DNA of 64,000 nt from a candidate division WOR-3 bacterium (GTDB taxonomy: Bacteria; Hydrothermota; Tepidihabitantia; SM23-42; JAOAFX01). The position numbers and the translations under genes are program-made. How positions within the stretch are numbered: position 1 is the first letter of the stretch; every line of letters begins with the position of its first letter. Below the pieces are notes generated by a model. The model did no database searches. It was not told where the DNA came from and saw only the letters and a list, made by a program, of their open reading frames with translations. Below are positions 29,043 to 38,373 of the stretch, in pieces. Location of the stretch: assembly GCA_026416055.1 (NCBI GenBank), contig JAOAFX010000003.1, positions 589 to 64,588 on the forward strand. Direction: 5' to 3'.

Positions 29043-29404
29043 TCAGGGGGTGGAATATATATATCAAATGGTTTTTTTATTAACCGCATGATGTGGTTAT
29101 TCTCCACAGGGTCGTATATTTTATCGTTCTCTATCCCTGTATAGAACTTATCGTAGAGATATATTGCTGAAGGATTGCAGCGCAGTAAACGGTCGGTTGC
29201 CATCAATGTGCCCCAGAATATCCCGTGTTTCTCGAGTGCTTCCCTGGCAAAATTAGAACAGGAAGGTGAAAAGTTGCAGACATCACCCTGGGCAGGTGAG
29301 ATAGAGACTTGATACAAACGGATAGCGGTCGTAAAAACAATCTTTACTGGATTCGTCTCTGCCCGGGGTTGATTCTGGATAGACAAAATTATCAGCAGGA
29401 TCAT
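29039..29404 (-). CDS. yidD: YidD-family (membrane insertion efficiency factor-like) protein
   Basis: IRLYQVSISP..GDVCNFSPSCS...DRLLRCNP; start at 29404 favoured by the promoter at 29411-29438. Confidence 0.8.
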   Translation of the reverse strand: MILLIILSIQNQPRAETNPVKIVFTTAIRLYQVSISPAQGDVCNFSPSCSNFAREALEKHGIFWGTLMATDRLLRCNPSAIYLYDKFYTGIENDKIYDPVENNHIMRLIKKPFDIYIPPPE

Positions 29405-29410
29405 TGAAAT

Positions 29411-29487
29411 ATTATATAAAAAATCAGGATATTGGCAAGGTATAATTAAATTATAATTCTTGACAGGCAGATTTTTAAGGTTATAAT
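29411..29487. promoter_or_regulatory. Divergent promoters: TTGCCA-N16-TATAAT (minus, 29411-29438) and TTGACA-N16-TATAAT (plus, 29460-29487)
   Basis: Hexamers read directly between divergent genes. Confidence 0.75.
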
Positions 29488-29496
29488 AAAAACACA

Positions 29497-30132
29497 ATGA
29501 CTCCACTATTTTTAACTTTTATATTGCTAACCCAGTATGATTTTACGATTGCTCGATTGAAATATGGTGGTGGTGGAGACTGGTATTGTGACCCGAGTTC
29601 CTTACCCAATCTGCTCAAAGCAATTAACGAAAGAACAACGATTCGTGCCGCCTCAAAAGAAGTGGTGATTGAACTCACTAACCCTGAACTATTTAAATAT
29701 CCTTATCTTTACATGACCGGACATGGCAATGTAAAATTCTCCGATAAAGAGGTGAAGATCTTAAGAGACTATTTGATAAACGGAGGCTTTTTACATGCCG
29801 ATGACTGTTATGGAATGGACTCTTCATTCCGAAGGGAAATGGCAAGGGTCTTTCCCGAGTCACCATTGATTGAATTACCTTTTGACCACCCCATATACCA
29901 TTCTTTTTATGATTTTCCCGATGGTCTACCCAAGATTCATGAGCACGACAATAAACCTGCCCAGGGATTCGGTATATTTTATAACAATCGCCTCGTTGTC
30001 TTTTATTCTTACGAAACCGACCTCGGTGATGGCTGGGAAGACCCGGATGTCCACAATGACCCACCCGAGAAAAGAGAACAGGCACTGCGCATGGGAATAA
30101 ACATTGTAGTATATGCACTCACCCAACAATGA
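29497..30132 (+). CDS. DUF4159 domain protein
   Basis: ARLKYGGGGDWY, YMTGHG, GGFLHADD, DLGDGWED. Confidence 0.9.
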   Translation: MTPLFLTFILLTQYDFTIARLKYGGGGDWYCDPSSLPNLLKAINERTTIRAASKEVVIELTNPELFKYPYLYMTGHGNVKFSDKEVKILRDYLINGGFLHADDCYGMDSSFRREMARVFPESPLIELPFDHPIYHSFYDFPDGLPKIHEHDNKPAQGFGIFYNNRLVVFYSYETDLGDGWEDPDVHNDPPEKREQALRMGINIVVYALTQQ

Positions 30133-33100
30133 ATATAGAAAAAAAGATTCATGAATATGCCTGCAAACAGAATTTGATCGATGCCTTTTCTCTGATTCTG
30201 TTTTCTCTGGGTACGACCTTAATCTCTATCACCGTCTCCCTTTTTTTACTGAAGTCTCCCCTGTACGGGCTCATCGGTCTAATTCCTTTAATATTTTACC
30301 GGCAGAAAGATTTCTACTGTCGGGCTAAGGAACTCGATAGAAAATTGAATGCACGGGGTGAATTGATAAGCAGCGTCCAGATTGCCAGAATTTCTGAAAA
30401 TAGCCGTGAAGGCTATTCAAAAGAGTTGATAGAGGCCTTTGTTGAATCAACCGAAAAAAAATTCCAGAATATAGAGATTAAAAATTTTTTAGATAAAAAA
30501 TTTCTAACCTGGTCGTTTTGTTTTTCACTCATTTCCCTGATGCTGGTTCTTGCGTACCCCGCATTCCTGCCTGAACGGTTCTATTATGCATTGAACCATG
30601 AGATTGGTTATTCAGTAAGACCTGCCTCTGGTGAATTCAATCAAGGTGAAGATATTGATTTAACAATAAATTTCTCTGGAGTATATGTCCCGGATGTGGT
30701 GACATTATTTTACGAAACTGAGACAGCATTTAAAAGAATAAAGCTCCGTGTTGTGGATAATAAAGCAAATATCAGAATGAAAGTCATAGAGCCCTTTACT
30801 TACTATTTCCGATTTTTTGATACCGGCACCGAAGTTTACAGGATAGGTGTGATCGAGCCGATATACTTAAAAGAATTATACTTTACCCTTCATTATCCCG
30901 GATACACAAATCTTCGCGACGAGACAAAAACTGATAGACAATTGATTGCTCCCACCGGAACAAAGGTTGAAATCAAGGGAAGGGCATCACAGATTTTGAA
31001 AGGAGGAAAATTCATTTTTGAAGATACCATTAATCTGCACTGTGATGGGGAGAGATTCTCTGGTTTATTCACGATGACAAAGAGCGGCACTGCAAATATA
31101 TTGATCTCCGGTATTTCTTCCTACAGGGAAGCAATAACACTCTATGCGATACCTGACCTTCCACCACTCGTTGAGATTTTTTTTCCGGGCTATAACATAA
31201 ATATGCCCCCGGATATGAAGATTACCATCGGATTAAAATGCAGTGATGACTATGGTCTGCACAGGGTGAGTCTGAACTATAATTTTAGAGATAGCAGGCA
31301 GATCAACTTGCAGTTCAAAAAAGGGAGTTTTGAAGATACAATTTTTTATGACTGGGATTTGAATAGCCTAAGAATGCTTCCCGGCGACAGGGTCTCCTAC
31401 TTCGTTGAGGTTGAAGATAATGCCGGACAAATTGCAAAGAGCAAGACATATTACATATTCTTCCCGACGATGGAACAAATATATGAAGAGGTAAAAGAAA
31501 GGGAAGGATTAATTCAGACTGATTTGCAAGATTTAGAAAAAGTCCATAAGGAAGGGATGAGCGAAGTGAAAAAGATTGAAGAGAAATTAAAACGGGAAAG
31601 GGAATTATCCTATCTCGATACTGAAAAATTAAAAGAAATAATTGTTAGAGAGGAGAATGTATTGAAGAAGATTGAAGAATGGCAGCTGGAATTGGAAAAT
31701 ACAATTGAAAAATTAAAAAGTGGCATTTTGCTCGATCAGAAATCGATTGAACGATTACAGGAGATCACTAAAATCCTGCAGGAGATTGCACCTGAGGAAT
31801 TGAAGCGGGCGCTTGAGAATTTAAAACACGCAATAAATAAAAATCCTGAAGAGATAAAAAAGGCAATGGAACAATTGAAAGAGGCACAGGAGGAACTGGC
31901 AAAGGCGCTGGAAAGAACTCTGGAACTATTGAAGAGATATCAACAGGAAGAAAAATTGAGGGAACTTGCTGAAAAGACACAAAGACTTGCAGAACATGCC
32001 GGAGATTTAAAAGAACTGGAAAAATTTAAAGGCACTGAAGGTTTGAAAGAATCGATGGATAGCCTTTATCGTGCGATCGACAGCCTTGCCCGGGAACTTG
32101 AGAAACTTGCTCAATCCGAAGGACTGGAGCAGGAGATATCTGAAAAGTTGAGAGAATCATCAAAAAAAGCCTATTCAATGGCACAAGGGCAGGGTATGAA
32201 GATTGAAGATTTAAAGAAAGGGCTGGAAAAACTTGCCACTGATTTACAGAGGATGTATGAGGAACTCACCCGTGGCCGGATGGCAAATTTGAGAAAGAAT
32301 TTGCTCGAAACTCTCAATCAGCTTGTAGAATTATCAAAACTTGAAGAAGAATTACTCAAATTAGAAAAAATAGATCCTGACCGACAATCAGATATTGCTC
32401 GTGCCACAAAAGAAGTAGCAGAAAGCCTTTATTCCCAGCAGGTTAAGAGTATCTATGTTGGTCCGGAGATTGGAAAAAGATTGAGCCGGGCATTGAAGGA
32501 AATGGAAATGGCATCGTTAAATCCAGCAACTGCAGGAAAAATCCATGCCCGTGAAGCAATGAAGCAGTTAAATCTCGCCGGGCTCTCAATCCTCCAGAGT
32601 TTGAAAAGAGCCGGCGAAGGGAGTGGTTCATCAACCGGTATGGATGAGTTTTTAAAAAATCTATCCGCATTAACCCAGAGCCAGATGAGTATCGGTCAGT
32701 CGCTATTCAATCTTTTCCCCATCTCAGTGAGTGGATTAACCCCTGAACAGATGATGCAGATTCAGCGCCTTGCTGGAAAGCAAAGGGAATTGAGAGAAGC
32801 GCTGGAGTCTTTAAAAAGCTCTCCTGAAGCCGGTGGATTCCGGGAATTGCTTGATAATCTTTCCGAGGAGATGAAAGAAATGGAAGAAGCACTATATCAG
32901 TATAAAATTGATAGAAAACTAATTGAGCGCCAGCAACTCATAATCTCAAGATTACTCGATGCTGAACGCTCAATAAGGCAGGAGGACTGGACAAAGGACC
33001 GTAAAAGCCGACCTGGTGAAGATGTCAAACGGCCTTCACCCGCCCCATTATCCGAAGACCTGGGTAAAGATGAATTGCTGGAAGTCATCCAGCGCGCATT

Positions 33101-33173
33101 AAAACAACCTTATCCTGAAGAGTATGAGATATATATAAGGGAATATTTCCGGGCGCTACTGGAGGAAGAATGA
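30129..33173 (+). CDS. DUF4175-like membrane-anchored Ig/coiled-coil protein
   Basis: N-terminal TMs; PDLPP, SDDYG, PGDRVSY; long Q/E/K coiled coil; SRLLDAERS; YPEEYEIYIREYF. Confidence 0.8.
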   Translation: MNIEKKIHEYACKQNLIDAFSLILFSLGTTLISITVSLFLLKSPLYGLIGLIPLIFYRQKDFYCRAKELDRKLNARGELISSVQIARISENSREGYSKELIEAFVESTEKKFQNIEIKNFLDKKFLTWSFCFSLISLMLVLAYPAFLPERFYYALNHEIGYSVRPASGEFNQGEDIDLTINFSGVYVPDVVTLFYETETAFKRIKLRVVDNKANIRMKVIEPFTYYFRFFDTGTEVYRIGVIEPIYLKELYFTLHYPGYTNLRDETKTDRQLIAPTGTKVEIKGRASQILKGGKFIFEDTINLHCDGERFSGLFTMTKSGTANILISGISSYREAITLYAIPDLPPLVEIFFPGYNINMPPDMKITIGLKCSDDYGLHRVSLNYNFRDSRQINLQFKKGSFEDTIFYDWDLNSLRMLPGDRVSYFVEVEDNAGQIAKSKTYYIFFPTMEQIYEEVKEREGLIQTDLQDLEKVHKEGMSEVKKIEEKLKRERELSYLDTEKLKEIIVREENVLKKIEEWQLELENTIEKLKSGILLDQKSIERLQEITKILQEIAPEELKRALENLKHAINKNPEEIKKAMEQLKEAQEELAKALERTLELLKRYQQEEKLRELAEKTQRLAEHAGDLKELEKFKGTEGLKESMDSLYRAIDSLARELEKLAQSEGLEQEISEKLRESSKKAYSMAQGQGMKIEDLKKGLEKLATDLQRMYEELTRGRMANLRKNLLETLNQLVELSKLEEELLKLEKIDPDRQSDIARATKEVAESLYSQQVKSIYVGPEIGKRLSRALKEMEMASLNPATAGKIHAREAMKQLNLAGLSILQSLKRAGEGSGSSTGMDEFLKNLSALTQSQMSIGQSLFNLFPISVSGLTPEQMMQIQRLAGKQRELREALESLKSSPEAGGFRELLDNLSEEMKEMEEALYQYKIDRKLIERQQLIISRLLDAERSIRQEDWTKDRKSRPGEDVKRPSPAPLSEDLGKDELLEVIQRALKQPYPEEYEIYIREYFRALLEEE

Positions 33174-33880
33174 TCCTCTTTTTTGTATGGCAATCCCTCA
33201 CATCTTTAGATTCTCTTCAGAATCTACTGGCTGCAGATTTTAAATTTAAATACATCATTGAATCGAACAGTGCATACTTAAAAGCAGGTCTATTCGATAG
33301 CGCCTGCAGTTTTTTAAAGAAATACGAATCCTGGCTCGGTTTTGAAGAACAGGCACAAATTAATTTTCTCATGGGTGATAACCTTTTTTTCAAAACCGAT
33401 TTATTCGCGGCTCGTGAACAGTATCTCAAGACCGTTGCAAAATATTCAAATGCAAAATATGCCAATGATGCCCTTGAAAGGCTACATCTCTTTGAATCGG
33501 CACGAAAGGATACTGTGATGCTTAAACGACTGGCAAGGGGTATCTATTTGTATGAGATTAAAGAATTAAAATTGGCTGAGGATAGTTTAAAAAATCTTAT
33601 AAAGACCGATATCGGTGATTATGCACTGTATTATCTTGCCCTTGTCTATAATCAAAAAGATGAGTATAACCAGGCACTATCGGCTATTGAACAATTACAA
33701 AAAGATTTTCCAGCATCACGTATCCATCAGGCACGGCTCCTTGTTGCCGAGATATATTTAAAAATTGGAAAGGAAAAAGAGGCAGTAAAAATACTGGAGG
33801 AAATGGTCGTCAAACATCCCAATACTCCATCGGGTATCAGGTCAAAGGAGATTTTAAAAAAACTTTCCAATTTGCGGTAG
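33170..33880 (+). CDS. TPR protein (BamD/CpoB-like repeats)
   Basis: ANDAL, ALYYLA..Y, KDFPAS, KHPNT repeat ends. Confidence 0.75.
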   Translation: MILFFVWQSLTSLDSLQNLLAADFKFKYIIESNSAYLKAGLFDSACSFLKKYESWLGFEEQAQINFLMGDNLFFKTDLFAAREQYLKTVAKYSNAKYANDALERLHLFESARKDTVMLKRLARGIYLYEIKELKLAEDSLKNLIKTDIGDYALYYLALVYNQKDEYNQALSAIEQLQKDFPASRIHQARLLVAEIYLKIGKEKEAVKILEEMVVKHPNTPSGIRSKEILKKLSNLR

Positions 33881-33883
33881 TGC

Positions 33884-33911
33884 TTGACATTGAGGAGAAA
33901 ATATATATAAT
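33884..33911 (+). promoter_or_regulatory. Promoter TTGACA-N16-TATAAT (ferredoxin)
   Basis: Perfect hexamers followed by an AAGGAGG SD. Confidence 0.85.
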
Positions 33912-33934
33912 CTTTCACCTTAAAAGGAGGCAAA

Positions 33935-34141
33935 ATGGCTTATAAAATCACCGATGAATGCACAGCATGTGGTCTGTGTGCACCAGAGTGTCCGGTCCAG
34001 GCGATAAGCGAAGGTGATCCTATATATGTGATTGATTTTAATAAGTGCGTGGAATGTGTGGGGCATTTTGATGAGCCACAGTGTGCTGCAGTCTGTCCGG
34101 TCGGTGCTTGTGTTCCCGACCCTGAGCATCCAAGAAAATAG
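33935..34141 (+). CDS. 2[4Fe-4S] ferredoxin (YfhL-like)
   Basis: [12 protein letters not shown] and [18 protein letters not shown]. Confidence 0.95.
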   Translation: MAYKITDECTACGLCAPECPVQAISEGDPIYVIDFNKCVECVGHFDEPQCAAVCPVGACVPDPEHPRK

Positions 34142-34178
34142 TTGATATTTACAGGGTTCGAGAATCCAGTAAGTTCTA

Positions 34179-34206
34179 TTGACAAATTTAAAATTTGGAT
34201 TATAAT
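34179..34206 (+). promoter_or_regulatory. Promoter TTGACA-N16-TATAAT (tRNA-Ile and lipoproteins)
   Basis: Perfect hexamers. Confidence 0.85.
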
Positions 34207-34236
34207 TTACTCGGTTTATTCAGTTAAAATTTAAAT

Positions 34237-34310
<74 letters not shown>

Positions 34311-34335
34311 TGAGCGAGGAACAAGGAGGTAAAAT

Positions 34336-34611
34336 ATGAAGAATCTCGCAACACTGCTGATTATTGTGTTTGCCTTTGCAATAATCGGCTGCCAACCACC
34401 ACAACAGACAAATGTGGTGACGACTGAACAACTGGATGCGGTAAAATCTGAAATCAGTGCACTGAAAAACCAGGTTCAGAATCTTCAAACTGCACTTGAT
34501 TCGCTTACCGCAAATTACAATGCGCATCTTGATAAATATCACAAAGGTATGCCAAAACCACCAGCAGGTGGTGGAACTGGTGGCGGGCTAAAAACACCAA
34601 CTCAGAAATAG
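34336..34611 (+). CDS. Small coiled-coil lipoprotein (Lpp-like architecture)
   Basis: AAGGAGGT SD; lipobox IIGC; five heptads; Pro/Gly tail; C-terminal Lys. Confidence 0.8.
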   Translation: MKNLATLLIIVFAFAIIGCQPPQQTNVVTTEQLDAVKSEISALKNQVQNLQTALDSLTANYNAHLDKYHKGMPKPPAGGGTGGGLKTPTQK

Positions 34612-34620
34612 GAGGAAAAA

Positions 34621-35400
34621 ATGAAAAAGTTTTTATCTTTTCCCTTGTTAATAACGCTACTTATTTTCATCGGCTGCGAAAAAGAAGTTACACTGGAGAC
34701 GCCAGATGTTACTTATACTGTAGCTACTGATGACAAGGGAGGCACCCTTAAATTAGAATGGGATGAAATTACTGATGCCGACGGATATATCATCTATGCG
34801 GATGGAGAAGTGATAGATACGGTCACCGAGCTTTCATATGATGCGACGACACCTGCTGCATTATATGAAGTGTCTGCCTATGCAGGAGATCAGGAGAGTG
34901 GCAAAGATCGGATCGATTGCGGAGCAGTTGAAACTCCTTCTTTGACTGTCTATGGTAGTTCAGATCCGGATACCACCCATCCAAGTGGCTTTGGTTTCAA
35001 TGCCCAGGGAAACGCCGTCGCCTATTCAATAAGCAACCAGAACAACTGGCCCTTGATTGATTACTGGATTTACAGTACAGCAGGCGGGGCAACGATTAAA
35101 TTTGTCTCACCAAGTGACAGGACTCCACCTTTAAATAACGAAGTTAATGTTACAAAAAATAGTGGACAATCTAATTACGATGATGTCAAAATTGCAGACC
35201 CACCAGGTGGTTATTCTACACAGACCGATGTCAGAAGCGGTGCAGTCTATTACTTCTGGATCGATCCCACAAACAATGGCTGGGACGCTTCAACAGATCA
35301 TTTTGGTAAAATTCAGGTCCAGGGAATTAATGGAGTACAGCTCACACTCAAAATTGCTTATCAACCAATCGCTGGATTACGCTGGTGTGTAGTTGAGTAA
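34621..35400 (+). CDS. Lipoprotein with FN3-like N-terminus and possible HmuY-like C-terminus
   Basis: Lipobox FIGC; LKLEWDEITDADGYIIY; HFGKIQV...LTLKIAYQ. Confidence 0.7.
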   Translation: MKKFLSFPLLITLLIFIGCEKEVTLETPDVTYTVATDDKGGTLKLEWDEITDADGYIIYADGEVIDTVTELSYDATTPAALYEVSAYAGDQESGKDRIDCGAVETPSLTVYGSSDPDTTHPSGFGFNAQGNAVAYSISNQNNWPLIDYWIYSTAGGATIKFVSPSDRTPPLNNEVNVTKNSGQSNYDDVKIADPPGGYSTQTDVRSGAVYYFWIDPTNNGWDASTDHFGKIQVQGINGVQLTLKIAYQPIAGLRWCVVE

Positions 35401-35413
35401 AAGATAAGTCTCT

Positions 35414-35444
35414 AAAAAAGGGCGGGGTTTTCCCGCCCTTTTTT
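35414..35444 (+). terminator. Intrinsic terminator
   Basis: AAAAAAGGGCGGG-GTTTT-CCCGCCCTTTTTT. Confidence 0.9.
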
Positions 35445-35460
35445 ATTTGTAATCCTCTTC

Positions 35461-35488
35461 TTGACTTCAATACTGTCTTCTTTATAAT
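35461..35488 (+). promoter_or_regulatory. Promoter TTGACT-N16-TATAAT (nadE)
   Basis: -10 ends 6 nt before the ATG; no SD. Confidence 0.8.
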
Positions 35489-35494
35489 TGCAAT

Positions 35495-37135
35495 ATGAAA
35501 ATCACCCTTGCCCAGTTAAATCCGATAGTCGGTGATGTAGATGGAAATGTAAACAAAATAATCCAAACCTTAAAACAGACTCAGGCAGAAAATTCGGATT
35601 TGATCGTCTTTCCTGAGCTATTCTTATCCGGCTATCCCCCACTCGATCTGCTGGAAAGAAAATGGTTTATTAAAAAAATTGAGAAGGCAATAGGTGAAAT
35701 AGTGACAATATCTTCATTCTATCCGAACACTGGAATAATTTTCGGAGCGCCGTTATTCTCCTATAAAGACACTGGCAGAGGTCTTTATAATTCAGCGATA
35801 CTTGTCTATCGTGGCCTGATCAATCATATCCAGCATAAATCCCTTTTACCAACTTATGATGTCTTTGATGAAGCAAGATATTTTGACCCTGCTTCAGATA
35901 TAAAACCCATCCAGTTCAAAGAAGAGGTGCTTGGTATTTCAATATGTGAAGACGCCTGGAATATTCCAGAATTATGGCACAGGCAGTTTTACGACCGCAA
36001 TCCAATTCAGACCCTCATCCAGCGTGGTGCTTCAATCTTAATCAACATTTCGGCATCACCATTTACAGTTGATAAAGAAAAGATTCGCTTCAGGATTTTA
36101 CAGGAGCATACGCAAAAGTATCGTGTGCCTTTTGTGTTTGTAAACCAGGTAGGAGCCAATGATGAGTTGATATTCGATGGCAGGAGTATGTTTCTGGATA
36201 ACGATGGACTGCCGGTTGAAATATTCCCGGCATTTACCGAATGTATAAAAACAATCGATACCAACAAAAAAGGAAATGCAGAAAATTATAAACCACTTGA
36301 TGATATTGAGAGTGTCTACAATGCGCTGGTGCTTGGTGTCCGCGATTATTTGCAAAAATGCGGGTTTGAAAAAGTGGTGATTGGGCTCTCAGGTGGTATT
36401 GACTCAGCGCTTGTTGCCTGTATTGCGGTGGAAGCCATAGGAAAAGAAAATGTCCTTGGTGTTGCTATGCCAGGACCATTCTCTTCCAGGGAAAGTGTTG
36501 AAGATTCAAAAAAGCTTGCAAAAAATCTTGATATAGAACTAAAAATAATTCCAATAACCGATGTCTATTTTTCATATCTCAATTCACTCAAAGAAATTTT
36601 CAAAGATAAAGAGTTTGACACCACTGAAGAAAATATACAGGCACGGATAAGGGGCAACATTCTAATGGCAATATCTAATAAATTTGGGCATCTGGTCCTG
36701 ACGACTGGAAATAAAAGCGAAATGGCGGTCGGTTACTGCACTCTCTATGGTGATATGAGTGGTGGGCTGGCAGTGATTGCGGATATTCCCAAAACCATGG
36801 TTTATAAAATTGCAAAATTTATCAACCGCGATAAAACGCTGATACCTGACGAAATAATTAAAAAACTTCCATCTGCCGAATTGAGGCCGAATCAACTTGA
36901 CCAGGATACCCTGCCACCTTATGAAATCCTCGATCCAATTCTCCAGATGTATATTGAAGATGGTTTATCCCGGGAAGAGATTGTTGCCCGGGGCTACAAA
37001 GAAGAAATCGTTGACTGGGTGATAAAAGCGGTAAACAAAAATGAATATAAGAGGCGTCAGGCACCTCCAGTTTTAAAGGTCACTTCCAAGGCATTTGGAC
37101 CGGGACGAAGAATGCCTGTTGCAGCGAAGTTTTAA
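35495..37135 (+). CDS. nadE: Glutamine-dependent NAD+ synthetase
   Basis: Nitrilase domain (FPEL, K, ICED) plus GLSGGIDS, ENIQARIR, TGNKSE, PSAEL. Confidence 0.96.
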   Translation: MKITLAQLNPIVGDVDGNVNKIIQTLKQTQAENSDLIVFPELFLSGYPPLDLLERKWFIKKIEKAIGEIVTISSFYPNTGIIFGAPLFSYKDTGRGLYNSAILVYRGLINHIQHKSLLPTYDVFDEARYFDPASDIKPIQFKEEVLGISICEDAWNIPELWHRQFYDRNPIQTLIQRGASILINISASPFTVDKEKIRFRILQEHTQKYRVPFVFVNQVGANDELIFDGRSMFLDNDGLPVEIFPAFTECIKTIDTNKKGNAENYKPLDDIESVYNALVLGVRDYLQKCGFEKVVIGLSGGIDSALVACIAVEAIGKENVLGVAMPGPFSSRESVEDSKKLAKNLDIELKIIPITDVYFSYLNSLKEIFKDKEFDTTEENIQARIRGNILMAISNKFGHLVLTTGNKSEMAVGYCTLYGDMSGGLAVIADIPKTMVYKIAKFINRDKTLIPDEIIKKLPSAELRPNQLDQDTLPPYEILDPILQMYIEDGLSREEIVARGYKEEIVDWVIKAVNKNEYKRRQAPPVLKVTSKAFGPGRRMPVAAKF

Positions 37136-37142
37136 AAATTAA

Positions 37143-37167
37143 AAAGGTGGGCATGAAGCCCACCTTT
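37143..37167. terminator. Bidirectional intrinsic terminator between convergent genes
   Basis: AAAGGTGGGC-ATGAA-GCCCACCTTT. Confidence 0.8.
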
Positions 37168-37190
37168 AACCAGATCGATTCAATGTTCAA

Positions 37191-37670
37191 TCAAAATCCC
37201 AATTTCAGTGGGAATCTCAGTCCGCCCATTATATTAATCGGCATATAACTCGAGCCCTGGTCTGGTTTAATCAACTCGAGGTTCCCTTCAAGATAACCTG
37301 TCATATTACCAAATCCCACTTCCCCACCAATGCCGCCTTTGATTGTGAAATGAAAATCCTTCACAAACCATACTCCCGCAACCACATATGGCTGAACTGG
37401 TACTGGTAAGGGCAGCATGATCAATAAATCAGTACCGGTGAAAGTGCCTAACGACATCGGCGTGTTTTCCTTAAAATCAATTTCGGCAAGAAAGCACCGG
37501 GCTTTGAAAATTGGCAGTAGACCCAAAATAGCATCAGCCTTTGCTCCAAAATAGGCACCTCCCCCTTCTTCATCAGTAATATCCTGATAAGCAGCGCTAA
37601 GGCCTATGGTCAGACCGTACACTCCACTCAGCAGTGCCATTGCCAAGACCGTCAGAAGCCATTTTTTCAT
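37191..37670 (-). CDS. Small outer-membrane beta-barrel protein
   Basis: Signal peptide; alternating beta-strands (QPYVVAGVW, GYLEG, GGLRF); C-terminal Phe. Confidence 0.7.
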   Translation of the reverse strand: MKKWLLTVLAMALLSGVYGLTIGLSAAYQDITDEEGGGAYFGAKADAILGLLPIFKARCFLAEIDFKENTPMSLGTFTGTDLLIMLPLPVPVQPYVVAGVWFVKDFHFTIKGGIGGEVGFGNMTGYLEGNLELIKPDQGSSYMPINIMGGLRFPLKLGF

Positions 37671-37689
37671 TTTTACCCCCTTTGAGTGG

Positions 37690-37717
37690 ATTATAAATAT
37701 AATTCCTGAACTGTCAA
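37690..37717 (-). promoter_or_regulatory. Promoter TTGACA-N16-TATAAT (OMP)
   Basis: Perfect hexamers. Confidence 0.8.
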
Positions 37718-37824
37718 GATTCTTTCAAATCTTCCTACCATACCCATCCCATCCTGTAAACAACAATCGCCATCAATCCCTGACTACTCTCCACTTTCTT
37801 AGTTTAATGGTTTTCTGTTTTCCT

Positions 37825-37984
37825 GCAAGAGCGACTTCCCAGTCGCGATAATATCATTCCCAATTTATAAGAGCAACTTCCAAACTGATAATAACCCTGT
37901 TTCATCCATTGACAAAGGGGATTTTCAGCACGCAGACCCGTCATCACCTCGAGGATATTGAGCAAACCTGAAGGTTGCGACTAC
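37825..37984. repeat. Cluster of REP-like palindromes
   Basis: GCAAGAGCGACTTCCCAGTCGCGAT (37825-37849), a decayed copy near 37867-37881, and GTAGTCGCAACCTTCAGGTTTGCTC on the minus strand (37960-37984). Confidence 0.55.
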
Positions 37985-38290
37985 ATATCTTGAGTGCGTT
38001 TCCGCTATTTAATAAGGCAGATTTTACCCTGCAAAAATTGAATTTAGTCTATTAATCGATATTCCGCATTTCAACTGCAGACCAGAGTCTACCACTACAA
38101 TTGGAATGGGTGTTGTTTTTATAATTATCTCAATTTCTTTTTTTAAAGGGAAGCCGGAAGAATAGTGGTTCTTTAAACTAAAAATGTCGGCCAATAATTT
38201 ATTTTTCTACCCTTCAATACTCATACACCAAAAATGATATTCTTGATTTTTCAGTTCATGAAAAGAGGGGGAAGTCAGCCTCAATCACTA

Positions 38291-38340
38291 TTGACATTTG
38301 CCATTTTCTGGATATAATGACTGACTGGTCAGTCATTATA
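38291..38340 (+). promoter_or_regulatory. Promoter TTGACA-N16-TATAAT with overlapping 13-bp perfect inverted repeat (putative TetR operator)
   Basis: TATAATGACTGAC-TG-GTCAGTCATTATA at 38313-38340, upstream of the tetR gene. Confidence 0.85.
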
Positions 38341-38373
38341 AACTTTTTAATAGATAAGGAGTCTAAATAAGTT

